Source of the DNA: Bacilli bacterium
GTDB lineage: Bacteria > Bacillota_I > Bacilli_A > RF39 > UBA660
DNA length: 64,000 nucleotides
Assembly (NCBI GenBank): GCA_017404385.1
Contig: JAFRCK010000022.1
Span: 10,674-74,673, forward strand
Direction: 5' to 3'
This document shows positions 45,871 to 56,409 of this stretch, piece after piece. How positions within the stretch are numbered: position 1 is the stretch's first letter; the number at the start of each line of letters is the position of its first letter. Under the pieces are notes generated by a model that did no database searches, was not told the DNA's origin, and worked only from the letters and a program-made list of their open reading frames with translations. The position numbers and the translations under genes were made by a program.

Positions 45871-48654
45871 ATGAAATCGAAATTATTTAAGTGTGCTATG
45901 ATGAGCATGCTTTTTTTATTGTCAATTTTTAATATTACAACAGTACATGCTGAAAAATATACTGGACAAGCTATATGGCCTAGTGAATATATCAGCAATA
46001 TTTATATTAAAAAAGTAAAACCAGATGGTTATACAAAGTATCAACAAGCAAGATTTATTAGAAGAAGTGAAGATAATAAATTTGTTTATTGTTTACAGCC
46101 ATATACAGATATTGATAATAATTTACCTTATTATGATGTAATAAGAGAGGATTATGAAAGAGTTTTAGGTTTTAGTGAAGAACAATGGGAAAGAATATCT
46201 TTACTAGCTTATTATGGATATCAATATGACCAAAATGGATATAATCATAATGATCAAAAATGGTATGTTATTACTCAAGTTATGATTTGGAGAACAACAA
46301 ATCCTGAATCTCAAATATTTTTCACAGATACTCTAAATGGAAATAGAATATCTAAGTTTGATAGTGAAATAGCAGAACTTGAAAGTTTAGTAGCAAATCA
46401 TTATAAAAGACCACAATTACAAAGTGGATTAGTTGTTCCTATTGGAAGTACAATTGAAGTTAATGATAGTAATAATGTATTAAGTAATTATAAAGTTACT
46501 TCTACAGATAAAGTGTCAGCTTCAATTAATGGAAATACTTTATCAGTAACTGCAAATAGTATTGGTGAAGGATCTATTACTTTTGAAAAGAAAGCAACTA
46601 AATATGAAATACCACCTATAGTATATTTTAGTGATCATTCACAAAATGTATTTAGAGTTGGTAACTTTGACCCAGTAGTAAGTAAATTTACTTTAAAGGT
46701 TATAGGCGGAAAAGTTACACCTAAGAAAGTTGATGTTGAAACAAGAACAAATACACCTCAAGGTGAAGCTAAATTAGGTGGAGCAGTATATGGAATATAT
46801 AAAGTAGATGGAACTAGAATAGGTTCTGTAACTACTAAAGATGATGGAGCTAATACTTCAGATTATTTACCAGAACTTGGTAGATTCTACTTATTAGAAG
46901 AACAACCATCAGAAGGATATTTATTAGATAGTAATAAATATTATTTTGAAATAACAGAGGATAATTTAAATCCTGAAGTACAAGTATTTGAACAAGTAAT
47001 CAAAAGAGATTTTGAATTTACTAAAGTATATGCTAGTGCTGAAACTCAAATAATGGAACCAGAAGTAGGTATTAAATTTGGAATCTATAATAATAAAAAT
47101 GAACTTGTTGAAGAAGTAACTACTGATTCACAAGGAGTATTTAGATTTACTTTACCATATGGGACTTATACTGTTAAACAATTAACTACAACTAAAGGTC
47201 ATGAAAAAATTGATGATTTTACTGTTGAAGTAAAAACTACTGGAGAAGTAGTTAAAAAAGTTATTTCAAATGCTCCAATTACTGCTAAGTTAAGAGTTGT
47301 TAAAATTGACTCTGAAACAAAAGAAGTTATTAAGAGAAGTAATATCAAATTTAAAATATTTGATGTTAAAAATAATGAATATGTATGTCAAACAATTACA
47401 TATCCAGCTAAAGAAACTATCTGTGTATGGGAAACAGACAAAGATGGTGAATTTACAACAGCTTATCCATTAATGACTGGAACTTATAGACTTGAAGAAG
47501 TTGATCAAGTAATTGATGGTTATTTATGGAATAGTCAATCACATGAATTTAGTATTGATGAAGATTCAAATTTAAGAACTGATTCAGAGTATGGAATTAT
47601 ATTCGATACTGATTTTGAAAACACTAGAGTAAAAGGTGAAATCAAAATTGAAAAAACTGGAGAAGTTGCTGAACTTACTGAAAATGGATTTGAATTTAAA
47701 AATCAACCATTAGAAGGAGTTAAATTTGGATTATATGCTTTAGATGATATTGTATGGAATGGTAAAACAATATATACAAAAGATTCTTTGGTATCTGAAA
47801 AACTAACTGATAGTGAAGGTAAAATTGTATTTGATGAATTATATCTTGGTAAGTATTATGTAAAAGAAATTGAAACATTAGATAATTATGTTTTAGATGA
47901 AAATACATATGAAGCTGAACTAGTATATAAAGATCAATATACACCAACTATCTTCTATTCAGAAGCTATCTTAAATGTATTAAAAACTGGTAAATTAGAA
48001 TTTACTAAAACTGATATATCTGAATCTAAAACACTTCCAAATACATTAATCGAAATTTATACAGAAGATGATGAACTAGTATTTAGTGGAAGAACTGATG
48101 AAGAAGGTAAAATTGTTATAGAAAGACTTCCTCAAGGAAAGTATTATATTCTTGAAAAGGAAGCCCCAGAAGGTTATAAACTTAATGAAGAAAAAATGCC
48201 ATTTGAAATAAAAGAAAATGGTGAAGTAGTTAAATCAACTATGAAAGATGAAGACATAACTGGAACACTTGAATTCACTAAATTAGATTTTTCAAATGAT
48301 AATCCACTTCCAAACACTTTAATTGAAATATACAATGCTGATACAGAAGAATTAGTATTCTCTGGAAGAACTGATGATAATGGAACTATTACTATAGAAA
48401 AACTAAAATATGGTAAATATTACATTTTAGAGAAAGAAGCACCAGAGGGATATGAATTAAATCCTGAAAGAATGTATTTTGAAATTAAGGAAGATGGAGA
48501 AATTGTTAAATCTATAATGAAAGATAAGCAAATAGTTAAAGTACCTAATACTGAAGCTAATGATTATAAAGAATTATTATTTAGTGGAATTACTTTACTA
48601 GTTTGTGGAGCAGGTGTGATTATTTATGGAATCAAAAATAAAAAGAAAAAATAA
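45871..48654 (+). CDS. surface adhesin: thioester domain plus CnaB/SpaA-type repeats, sortase-anchored
   Basis: Signal peptide. Thioester-domain motifs FVYCLQP (Cys codon at 46090) and ITQVMIW. Repeated units of the form TGxLEFTKxD...LPNTLIEIY...FSGRTD..G.I.IE.L..GKYYILEKEAPEGY. C-terminal VPNTEA followed by a hydrophobic helix and KNKKKK. Confidence 0.8.
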   Translation: MKSKLFKCAMMSMLFLLSIFNITTVHAEKYTGQAIWPSEYISNIYIKKVKPDGYTKYQQARFIRRSEDNKFVYCLQPYTDIDNNLPYYDVIREDYERVLGFSEEQWERISLLAYYGYQYDQNGYNHNDQKWYVITQVMIWRTTNPESQIFFTDTLNGNRISKFDSEIAELESLVANHYKRPQLQSGLVVPIGSTIEVNDSNNVLSNYKVTSTDKVSASINGNTLSVTANSIGEGSITFEKKATKYEIPPIVYFSDHSQNVFRVGNFDPVVSKFTLKVIGGKVTPKKVDVETRTNTPQGEAKLGGAVYGIYKVDGTRIGSVTTKDDGANTSDYLPELGRFYLLEEQPSEGYLLDSNKYYFEITEDNLNPEVQVFEQVIKRDFEFTKVYASAETQIMEPEVGIKFGIYNNKNELVEEVTTDSQGVFRFTLPYGTYTVKQLTTTKGHEKIDDFTVEVKTTGEVVKKVISNAPITAKLRVVKIDSETKEVIKRSNIKFKIFDVKNNEYVCQTITYPAKETICVWETDKDGEFTTAYPLMTGTYRLEEVDQVIDGYLWNSQSHEFSIDEDSNLRTDSEYGIIFDTDFENTRVKGEIKIEKTGEVAELTENGFEFKNQPLEGVKFGLYALDDIVWNGKTIYTKDSLVSEKLTDSEGKIVFDELYLGKYYVKEIETLDNYVLDENTYEAELVYKDQYTPTIFYSEAILNVLKTGKLEFTKTDISESKTLPNTLIEIYTEDDELVFSGRTDEEGKIVIERLPQGKYYILEKEAPEGYKLNEEKMPFEIKENGEVVKSTMKDEDITGTLEFTKLDFSNDNPLPNTLIEIYNADTEELVFSGRTDDNGTITIEKLKYGKYYILEKEAPEGYELNPERMYFEIKEDGEIVKSIMKDKQIVKVPNTEANDYKELLFSGITLLVCGAGVIIYGIKNKKKK

Positions 48655-49237
48655 GAGCTGGTTAATATTAATCGGCTCTTTAATCTTTCTTAGTGGTATT
48701 GGATTAATAACATATGATTATTTATCTAATAGAAAGATAGATGAAAAAGAAACTGAGTTATTAGAAGAATTCTATGAAATAGAAGACGACATTGAATCTA
48801 TAGAAGAACCTCAAGTTATAGAAGAAGTGAAAGAGCAAGTTAAAGTTAACTATATTGCTGTACTTAAAATTCCTAAAATTGGTTTAGAAAGAGGTTTAGT
48901 AGATCCAAATAGTTATCTTAATAATGTTAATTATAATTTAGAGTGGTTAGATGGTTCATCTATGCCAGATGAAGTTAATGGTAATGTAATTATTGCTGGA
49001 CATTCTGGTAGTGCTAGAATATCTTATTTTAGAAAATTAGATAGACTAGAAATAGGTGATGAAGCTTCTATTATATATAATGGTAAAACATATAATTATA
49101 AAGTAGTAGATATTTATGATATAGAGAAAACTGGAACAGCAGAAATAGTTAAAGAAAGAAATACTACAACTTTAACATTAATTACATGCAGACATAATAC
49201 TAATAGACAGATAGTTGTCATATTAAAACAATTATAA
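48626..49237 (+). CDS. sortase (element-encoded)
   Basis: N-terminal anchor, VIIAGHSG and the active site TLITCRH. Overlaps the adhesin gene end by 29 nt. Confidence 0.75.
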   Translation: MESKIKRKNKSWLILIGSLIFLSGIGLITYDYLSNRKIDEKETELLEEFYEIEDDIESIEEPQVIEEVKEQVKVNYIAVLKIPKIGLERGLVDPNSYLNNVNYNLEWLDGSSMPDEVNGNVIIAGHSGSARISYFRKLDRLEIGDEASIIYNGKTYNYKVVDIYDIEKTGTAEIVKERNTTTLTLITCRHNTNRQIVVILKQL

Positions 49238-49293
49238 TTTTGCACAATATTTATTTATCTTTATGATGATATAATGTTTTATGAGGTGTTAGT

Positions 49294-49755
49294 ATGCAAC
49301 GATTCTTTGATTATTCAAAAGGTAAAGTAGATAAAAAGAATAAAGATAGAATTATCTTTATAAATAGAATGGCTATGCTTATGCAAGAATTTGAAAGTTC
49401 TAGCCCAGAAATAAATGAACTTGTTAATTGGTTATTTTGTAGATCTGAAGGAGTTCCTTATCATGATTCTGATACGGAAATAATTAGTGATATAAAATTA
49501 GAACCCATTAAATGGCTAGATAAAAAAAGAGTAATTAAAGAAGTATGGGAAAATGATGTTCATTTATATTCTTATGCATTAATGTTGCATGATTTAAATT
49601 ACTGGACTAATAATGATGTTTTAACTGAAATTATTAGAGAAATGTATTTTAGATTAGATTATTTAATACACCCTTACGAAGAAGAACAACATGATAGAGA
49701 TTTAGAAGATATAAGATATTTTATAGAATTTGATTATGTGGATAGAGAGCAATAG
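49294..49755 (+). CDS. hypothetical protein
   Basis: 153-aa ORF with no motif recognised. Confidence 0.4.
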   Translation: MQRFFDYSKGKVDKKNKDRIIFINRMAMLMQEFESSSPEINELVNWLFCRSEGVPYHDSDTEIISDIKLEPIKWLDKKRVIKEVWENDVHLYSYALMLHDLNYWTNNDVLTEIIREMYFRLDYLIHPYEEEQHDRDLEDIRYFIEFDYVDREQ

Positions 49756-49783
49756 CTCTTTTTATTTTGGAAGGAGGTTAATT

Positions 49784-50584
49784 GTGAATGAAAACATAAG
49801 AGACTTCGAAATACATGGTATCACAGGATATACTGTAATGAGTAATTATCATTTACGAGATCCTAATTTATCATTTAAAGCAAAAGGACTTCTTTCTATG
49901 ATGTTATCAATGCCTAAAGATTGGGATTATTCTATTAGTGGTTTAGAAAAGATATCTAATGAGGGTAAATTTGCAGTTAGATCAACTTTAGATGAATTAA
50001 AAAAGGCTCAATATGTAAATATAAGCCGACATAGAGGCGAAAAAGGATTATTTAGGTATAAATATACTGTTTATTATTTACCTTATCCTATGTGGTTAAA
50101 AATGCATAATTATCCAGATATCAATTTTCCGTATATGGATAATCCGAATACGGATAACTGCACACAAATAAAGAATAATAATAAAAAAGATAAAATAGAT
50201 AAAACACCAGATGAAACTGGTGAGGAAATTAAACATAATATTTTTACTAAAGAATTAATTAAAAGGAACTATATTTCAGCAGATGATAGTAGTTCTTTTT
50301 TGTTTGACCAATTATTTGAAGATTTATTAAAACAAGGAAATAACTATAAAGATTTATTAATCATGACTAATTATGTTGTTTCTAGAATTAAAGAAAGAGA
50401 TTATAAAGATGAGAATGGTAATGAAATAAAAAATAAATACGGTTATTTTAAAAATGCATTAATCGGAAATATAAGAAGATTTGAAAATCTAGAACACTTA
50501 TATGAAGATGATGAATTTAATTGGTTAGATGATGATTCAGAATATGATTGGTTAAACGATAATGAGGAGGATTATGAATTATGA
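49784..50584 (+). CDS. winged-helix DNA-binding protein, possible replication initiator/organiser
   Basis: The GTG at 49784 follows GGAAGGAGG. GYTVMSNYHLRDPNLSFKAKGLLSMMLSMPKDWDYSISGL is typical of the HTH domains of element-encoded initiator-like proteins. Weak functional call. Confidence 0.4.
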   Translation: MNENIRDFEIHGITGYTVMSNYHLRDPNLSFKAKGLLSMMLSMPKDWDYSISGLEKISNEGKFAVRSTLDELKKAQYVNISRHRGEKGLFRYKYTVYYLPYPMWLKMHNYPDINFPYMDNPNTDNCTQIKNNNKKDKIDKTPDETGEEIKHNIFTKELIKRNYISADDSSSFLFDQLFEDLLKQGNNYKDLLIMTNYVVSRIKERDYKDENGNEIKNKYGYFKNALIGNIRRFENLEHLYEDDEFNWLDDDSEYDWLNDNEEDYEL

Positions 50585-50802
50585 AAAATATAGAAGAAAT
50601 TAAGCTGATGGAGATTGAAGCTTTAAGTGATTTTGAAGATCATATAGGAACAGTTTTATCTGATATGGATATTTTTAGAGAATATCTAGATAAAAAAGAA
50701 TTAAAGAAATTTAATAAATGCTATGACTACTTAGATAATCTTTGGGAAAAGATAGAAAATATCATAGCAAAAATAAGTGATGCTGATGAAAGAGGTAAAT
50801 AA
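50581..50802 (+). CDS. hypothetical small protein
   Basis: 73-aa ORF with an overlapping start. Confidence 0.35.
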   Translation: MKNIEEIKLMEIEALSDFEDHIGTVLSDMDIFREYLDKKELKKFNKCYDYLDNLWEKIENIIAKISDADERGK

Positions 50803-50803
50803 T

Positions 50804-51088
50804 ATGGAAGACAAATTTACTTATGTAGGTAGAATGTATGATTGGTATGAAGTAAAAGAAGATTATTTAAGAGTTTTATTTCAAGTCTATGATAAAGAAA
50901 CTAAATCATTCTATTTTTATGAATTACAAGTTTATGAACCAGAATTAATTTCTAAGTTTATAAATTTAAAACCAAAACAAATAATTGGTGTAGAAGGTCA
51001 TTTTGAGGAACTTATAAGTCATCCAGATAGAGGACTTTCTCATATTGAATTAGAACATGTAGTAGATAAAATCATTACTTCTGAATAG
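50804..51088 (+). CDS. hypothetical small protein
   Basis: The ATG at 50804 follows AGAGG. Confidence 0.35.
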   Translation: MEDKFTYVGRMYDWYEVKEDYLRVLFQVYDKETKSFYFYELQVYEPELISKFINLKPKQIIGVEGHFEELISHPDRGLSHIELEHVVDKIITSE

Positions 51089-51202
51089 AGGTAATTTTTT
51101 TATTGAAAGGTGGTGGTTCTATAGAATGAAAAAAATTCAGGAATAGTCAACTGAATTAAATAAAATGGCTAAATATTTTGATTTATAGAAGGAGGATTAA
51201 AA

Positions 51203-51571
51203 ATGATGAATCAAATAGTTATTGTTGGGAGATTAACAAAAGATCCTGAAATTATTAAATCTGAAGATGGAAAGGAAAGAAGTCAAATTACACTAGCAGT
51301 ACCAAGAAGCTATAAAAATGCTGATGGAGTTTATGATACTGATTTTGTTGATTGTGTTCTTTGGGGTGGAGTTGCTGAAAATACTTCTGAGTATTGTAGA
51401 AAAGGCGACTTAATTGGACTTAAAGGTAGAATACAAACAAGCAACTATGAAACTGAGAATGGAGAAAAGAAAAAATCAACTCAAATAGTTGCTGAAAAAA
51501 TAACTTATTTATCTTCAAGAAAAGAAAAAGAAGACGACATTGAAAAATCAGACGATGAATTAGAGATGTAG
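51203..51571 (+). CDS. ssb: single-stranded DNA-binding protein
   Basis: IVIVGRLTKDPE, OB-fold pattern and the acidic tail DDELEM. Confidence 0.85.
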   Translation: MMNQIVIVGRLTKDPEIIKSEDGKERSQITLAVPRSYKNADGVYDTDFVDCVLWGGVAENTSEYCRKGDLIGLKGRIQTSNYETENGEKKKSTQIVAEKITYLSSRKEKEDDIEKSDDELEM

Positions 51572-51695
51572 TCATTTATGAGAATAAAGCAAAGAAAAAA
51601 GAGTTAAATCGCCAGCCAGCAAAATAACTCTAGTGATATTATATCACTTCTTTGCTTTTTCTTTTTAATTTTTTACAAAAGAAAGGAAAAAACAT

Positions 51696-51953
51696 ATGAA
51701 TTTATTTTATGAATTAATCAGCGATGATGCTGGAAAGAAATTAAAAAAAGAAAGACAAGCATGGGGAATGTCTAGAAGAAGATTAGCTAAATTAGTAAAA
51801 ACAGATAAGGAAACAATTGAATATATCGAAAAAGGATATGTTTGTATGTTGGATTCTGATTTACTTAGAAGAATAAGTGAAACTTTAGATGTTAATATGT
51901 TTGATTTCTTTAAAAGAAAATTAACATTTAAAGAAATGTTAGCAATAGTATAA
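51696..51953 (+). CDS. XRE-family HTH protein
   Basis: LKKERQAWGMSRRRLAKLVKTDKETIEYIEKG helix-turn-helix. Confidence 0.6.
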   Translation: MNLFYELISDDAGKKLKKERQAWGMSRRRLAKLVKTDKETIEYIEKGYVCMLDSDLLRRISETLDVNMFDFFKRKLTFKEMLAIV

Positions 51954-51965
51954 GGAGGAATATTT

Positions 51966-52244
51966 ATGGGTAATTATTTACAAATGTTAAAAATCGAACA
52001 TCTCGAAGGTGGAGGATATAATGTAGATTCTATTATTAAAGCGATTCAAACTTTTTCTTCTTGGGCTTTAAGAGTTGGAATTGCAGCAGCAGGAGTTTCA
52101 CTAATTGTTGGATTTATTTTATATGCTGTTGTTGATGTCGATAGAAAAGCTCAAGTAAAACAAAGAATAATTCAAACAATGTTTGGTATTGTAGGAATTA
52201 TTTTAGCAATATCAATTGTAAATCTAATCATTGATTTATTCTAG
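51966..52244 (+). CDS. small two-TM T4SS component (VirB2/TrbC-like)
   Basis: 92 aa with two hydrophobic helices. First gene of the membrane-component block. Confidence 0.35.
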   Translation: MGNYLQMLKIEHLEGGGYNVDSIIKAIQTFSSWALRVGIAAAGVSLIVGFILYAVVDVDRKAQVKQRIIQTMFGIVGIILAISIVNLIIDLF

Positions 52245-52256
52245 GAGGTGATTTGA

Positions 52257-53669
52257 ATGTTATTAAAAGCATTAGATTTATTAAGAACTCTTGGATGGGC
52301 ATTAGTACATTTTATTTATAATCTAATTGATTCATTATTTGATATTTTAAAAGGATTAAATGCTTTTGATATAATCAATTCTGTTTCTGGAGATAATAAC
52401 TTTATTACATTCCAAAAAGGTGTAATAGCAATTGCAGTTACACTTTTAGGATTATTTGCAATAAGTAGATTTGCTAAAAAGATAATTGATCCTGATGAGG
52501 GATTAAGTTCTAGTGGAATAGTAAAAGAAATTGTTAAATGTGGAGTACTTATAATTATGAGTACTTTTTTATTTGTACAAGCTTCTACATTTTCAATAAA
52601 ACTTGCTGGATTTACATCTAACATATTTTCAAATAATAATGTAACTATATCTGATTCTATGTTAACAATGTTTATTGATTATTCAGAAGGATATAAAGAA
52701 TGTGATGATTTTAAAGGTGAAGATATTGCAAAAAATGTTTCAAATGGAAACTTTAATGCAAAAGAAATGTATAACGATAAATATGTAACTTCAAAAAGAT
52801 TTATCTTACCAGATAAAAAAGATTATAAGTATAAAATTAATTGGATAATGGCTGTAATAGTTGGAGGCTTCTTCTTATATTCATTATTCTTCTGTGGAAT
52901 GATGTTAGCAAGAAGACAAATAGAATTTTTATTCCTATTTGTAATTAGTCCAATTATATTTGCTACTTCAATTGGAAATAAAGAAAGAAGAAGTGCAGTT
53001 GTTCAACAATTAGTTTCATTAATGTTGCAAGGTGCAGTCATAATGTTAATTATTTCTTTAACAGCTATTGTAATGGGGCAAATAAATAGTACAACATTCT
53101 TTAGTAATACATTTAAAGATATTGTAATTAAGTCAATCATGTATATTGGTTGTGGTTCATTCTTACTAACTGGATCTCAAGTAGTAAATAAGTTTATTGG
53201 TGGAAATGTATCTGCTAATAGTGGAAGAGAACAATTAATGGCTATGATGGGATTTGGTCAAGCAATGGGTGGAATAGCTTCAACAGCCGGACTTGGAGTT
53301 GCAGGTGCAGGATTAATGGGAGCTGGAGCTTTAGCAAAAGGTGGAGATGTAGTTGGCTCTAAAGTTGGTAAAGCTGGAAATTCTGCTCTAGGAAAAGTAG
53401 GACAAGCAGTTTCTAATTTTGGTTCTAAGATGGGTGGCAAAGATTATACATCTGGTGGAATTGGAAGTAATTTAAAATTTATGGGAGATTATTTACAAGC
53501 TTCATCAATGTCTAAGAGTGGAAATGCTGGAAATCAAAGATCTAGTAAACTATCTAGATTTGGATCTGGAATGATGAATGCAGGAAAAGAATCAATGGCT
53601 CAAGCAATGTCTAATGTAATGCCATCAAGAAGTATGTATAGAAGAAGATACAGAGGGAGAGATGATTAA
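52257..53669 (+). CDS. polytopic T4SS membrane protein (VirB6/TrbL-like)
   Basis: Six or more TM helices with a Gly/Ala/Met/Ser-rich C-terminal tail. Position is upstream of the VirB3/VirB4-like genes. Confidence 0.45.
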   Translation: MLLKALDLLRTLGWALVHFIYNLIDSLFDILKGLNAFDIINSVSGDNNFITFQKGVIAIAVTLLGLFAISRFAKKIIDPDEGLSSSGIVKEIVKCGVLIIMSTFLFVQASTFSIKLAGFTSNIFSNNNVTISDSMLTMFIDYSEGYKECDDFKGEDIAKNVSNGNFNAKEMYNDKYVTSKRFILPDKKDYKYKINWIMAVIVGGFFLYSLFFCGMMLARRQIEFLFLFVISPIIFATSIGNKERRSAVVQQLVSLMLQGAVIMLIISLTAIVMGQINSTTFFSNTFKDIVIKSIMYIGCGSFLLTGSQVVNKFIGGNVSANSGREQLMAMMGFGQAMGGIASTAGLGVAGAGLMGAGALAKGGDVVGSKVGKAGNSALGKVGQAVSNFGSKMGGKDYTSGGIGSNLKFMGDYLQASSMSKSGNAGNQRSSKLSRFGSGMMNAGKESMAQAMSNVMPSRSMYRRRYRGRDD

Positions 53670-53980
53670 TGTATATAACAGTACCAAGTATTAAAAAGAC
53701 TCTAGGAAAATATATAGAGATGAAAGATTTATACATAGGTCTTCCTATGTTATTTTCATTTTTACTATTATTTTCTTTTTCGAGTCATAAATTATTTTCG
53801 TTATTATATTTAACAATTTGTGTTTTTCTTATGTTACCAGTTAAGGTATCAAAGAAAAATAGAATGTATAAAGTTGTGGCTCTTTTCTTTAGATATATAA
53901 CTAGATGTAAAGAGTTCGCTTATAAAAGAAATGGAGATGAGGTAGATTGGAAAGAAAAACTAAAGATGAAAAAAATCTAA
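53669..53980 (+). CDS. small membrane protein (VirB3/PrgI-like position)
   Basis: 103 aa with two TM helices, immediately upstream of and overlapping the VirB4-like gene. Confidence 0.3.
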   Translation: MYITVPSIKKTLGKYIEMKDLYIGLPMLFSFLLLFSFSSHKLFSLLYLTICVFLMLPVKVSKKNRMYKVVALFFRYITRCKEFAYKRNGDEVDWKEKLKMKKI

Positions 53981-56409
53981 AAAAAGCAAAAAAGATTGAT
54001 TCCAAGACAAATAGAAAATATTCATCTAAAAGTCAAATGAAAAGAAGAATTAAAAATTCTAAGACAATTACCAATGTTAAAGAAATAGGTGATGATGGAT
54101 TAATCTATTTAAAGTCTGGAGAAGTTGCTACATTAATTGAAGTTAAAGCTATCGATTTATCTCTAACAAGTAATCATGAAAAGAATCTTTTCTTTTCTAT
54201 GTTGAAAGCATTATATCAAGTTCCTAATTTAAATTTAAAATGTTATAAGTTAAATGAGAAATTAAACTTAAATGCTAATAAAGTTAGTTTAGATAATAAG
54301 ATAGAAAAATTTCAAGATGATGAAGGTAAGAAATTATTATTAGAGGAATCAAGAAATTTAATTGATGATCTAGAAGAGAAAAACTTTACTGTATCAAGCA
54401 AATACTTTTGGGTATTAATTGCAAAAGATACAGCAGTATTAAATAAACAATTAGATGAGATAGAAGATATAACTTTAAATATTGTTCCAAGAATTTATAT
54501 TGAAAGTGTAACTAACAAATTAGAAATATATAAGTTCTTATCTAATTTATATTTAACATCTAATTCATTAGATGAATTAGTATGGAGTGATTTACCAAGT
54601 TTGGTAAGCCCAATGAATATGTCTGAAAGAACAGATAGAATTAAATTTGATGATAAAGAATTTCAAATTTTAACTGTTAAAAATGTTCCACCGTTTGTTA
54701 GTGAATTATTTTTTGAAGATATATTCAATTACCCAGATGTTAGAGCTTCAATAGGAATACAAGAATGTATTACTCAAGAAGAATTAATTAGATGGGTTAA
54801 TTCACAATATCAGTTTTTATTAACTGATAGAAATACTACTAAAAAATTAAGCGATGCTACTGAGTTAGATACTCAAAAAGAAAACTTTCAAGCTTTAATG
54901 CAAGATATTAAAAATGGTGATGAAAAGATAAAAGAAGTTTCGCTTATTTTAATAGTAGAGGGAGATAAAAAACATAGAGAAGAAGTAATAAGAGATTTAA
55001 AAAGAATAGCTGATTCATATCAAATTAAATTAGATGTTCCTAGATTAAGACAAATGGAAGCATGGCAAAGTTATGATTTATCAACTAAGACTTTTGAAGA
55101 TTATTGCTTTTATCTACCAACACTAACATTAAGTGCTGGTTTCCCATTTACTAGAACTTATTTTAATGATTCAAATGGTTATATGTTTGGTGTAGATATT
55201 CATACATCTTTACCAATATTCTTTGATCCATTTGTTTTAAATAATTCTAGAACTTCTCATAACATGGCAATTATATCTTCAACTGGTGGAGGTAAATCTT
55301 ACACTATGAAAAAGATGATTGTTAATGAGTATGGAAGAGGAACAAAGATATTTATATTTGATGCTGAAAATGAATATAAAAGAATCGTTGAAGCTAATAA
55401 AGGAGAATACATAGATCTTTATTCAAAAACTGGTGGAATTATAAATCCATTACAAATAAGATTTATTCCATCAGATGATGAAAATCATGATACTAAAGAA
55501 ACAGATTGTCCTTTAGCTAAACACTTAGGATTCTTAGAAGCATTCTTTAAAACAGCATTTGAAAGTATAACAGAAAAAGAACTTGTAATGTTACTTGCTA
55601 TAGTTGAAAAACTGTATAACAAAAAAGGTATATTTAAGAATACATCTATAAATACACTTCAAAATATGCAACCTGAAGAATTTCCTATATTCTCTGAATT
55701 ATATGAATTCTTACCAGAATATAAGAAAGATGTAGATAGTAAAGAAAAAGAAAAAATAATTGAACAATTAGATATTCTTTTATCTAGATTCTTAACTGGA
55801 ACAGATTCATATTTGTTTGATGGACATACAAATATAGATTTATCAAATGACTTAATCGCATTTAACTTACAAGAACTTTTATATAGTGGTAATCAAAGAT
55901 TAATTAATACTCAAACATTAAATCTATTAACTTATTTAAATAACAGTATTGTTGCTAATAAAATTAATAATGATAAAGTTAAATTAGAAGATAGAAAACA
56001 TGTAATGATCATTGCTGATGAATTTCACTTATTCATTGATGAAAACAATTTTGAAGTATTAAGAAACTTTGGACAACTAGCAAGAAGAATAAGAAAGTAT
56101 TCTGGATCACTTGTAGTTGCTACTCAATCTGTAAAAGATTTTGTGGGTAGTCAATCAATATTAAGACACTCAACAGCTATATTTAATAACTGTCAATATC
56201 AGATGATTGGAATGTTAAAAGAAGATGACTTACTTGCATATCTAGAACTATTTAAACAAAATCCTTTAACAGATACTCAGAAGAATTTCTTAATGTCTGC
56301 TAGAAGAGGAGAATTCTTACTTAATATAGATTCTAAAAATAGATTAAGAATTTGGATTAGAGCAACCGAACTTGAAAGAGAAATGATGGGAGAGGGTGAT
56401 TCTAAATGA
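53947..56409 (+). CDS. VirB4-family conjugative transfer ATPase
   Basis: Walker A SSTGGGKSYTMKK, Walker B VMIIADEFH, and a size of about 800 aa. Start codon is uncertain (TTG at 53947). Confidence 0.8.
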   Translation: MERKTKDEKNLKKAKKIDSKTNRKYSSKSQMKRRIKNSKTITNVKEIGDDGLIYLKSGEVATLIEVKAIDLSLTSNHEKNLFFSMLKALYQVPNLNLKCYKLNEKLNLNANKVSLDNKIEKFQDDEGKKLLLEESRNLIDDLEEKNFTVSSKYFWVLIAKDTAVLNKQLDEIEDITLNIVPRIYIESVTNKLEIYKFLSNLYLTSNSLDELVWSDLPSLVSPMNMSERTDRIKFDDKEFQILTVKNVPPFVSELFFEDIFNYPDVRASIGIQECITQEELIRWVNSQYQFLLTDRNTTKKLSDATELDTQKENFQALMQDIKNGDEKIKEVSLILIVEGDKKHREEVIRDLKRIADSYQIKLDVPRLRQMEAWQSYDLSTKTFEDYCFYLPTLTLSAGFPFTRTYFNDSNGYMFGVDIHTSLPIFFDPFVLNNSRTSHNMAIISSTGGGKSYTMKKMIVNEYGRGTKIFIFDAENEYKRIVEANKGEYIDLYSKTGGIINPLQIRFIPSDDENHDTKETDCPLAKHLGFLEAFFKTAFESITEKELVMLLAIVEKLYNKKGIFKNTSINTLQNMQPEEFPIFSELYEFLPEYKKDVDSKEKEKIIEQLDILLSRFLTGTDSYLFDGHTNIDLSNDLIAFNLQELLYSGNQRLINTQTLNLLTYLNNSIVANKINNDKVKLEDRKHVMIIADEFHLFIDENNFEVLRNFGQLARRIRKYSGSLVVATQSVKDFVGSQSILRHSTAIFNNCQYQMIGMLKEDDLLAYLELFKQNPLTDTQKNFLMSARRGEFLLNIDSKNRLRIWIRATELEREMMGEGDSK

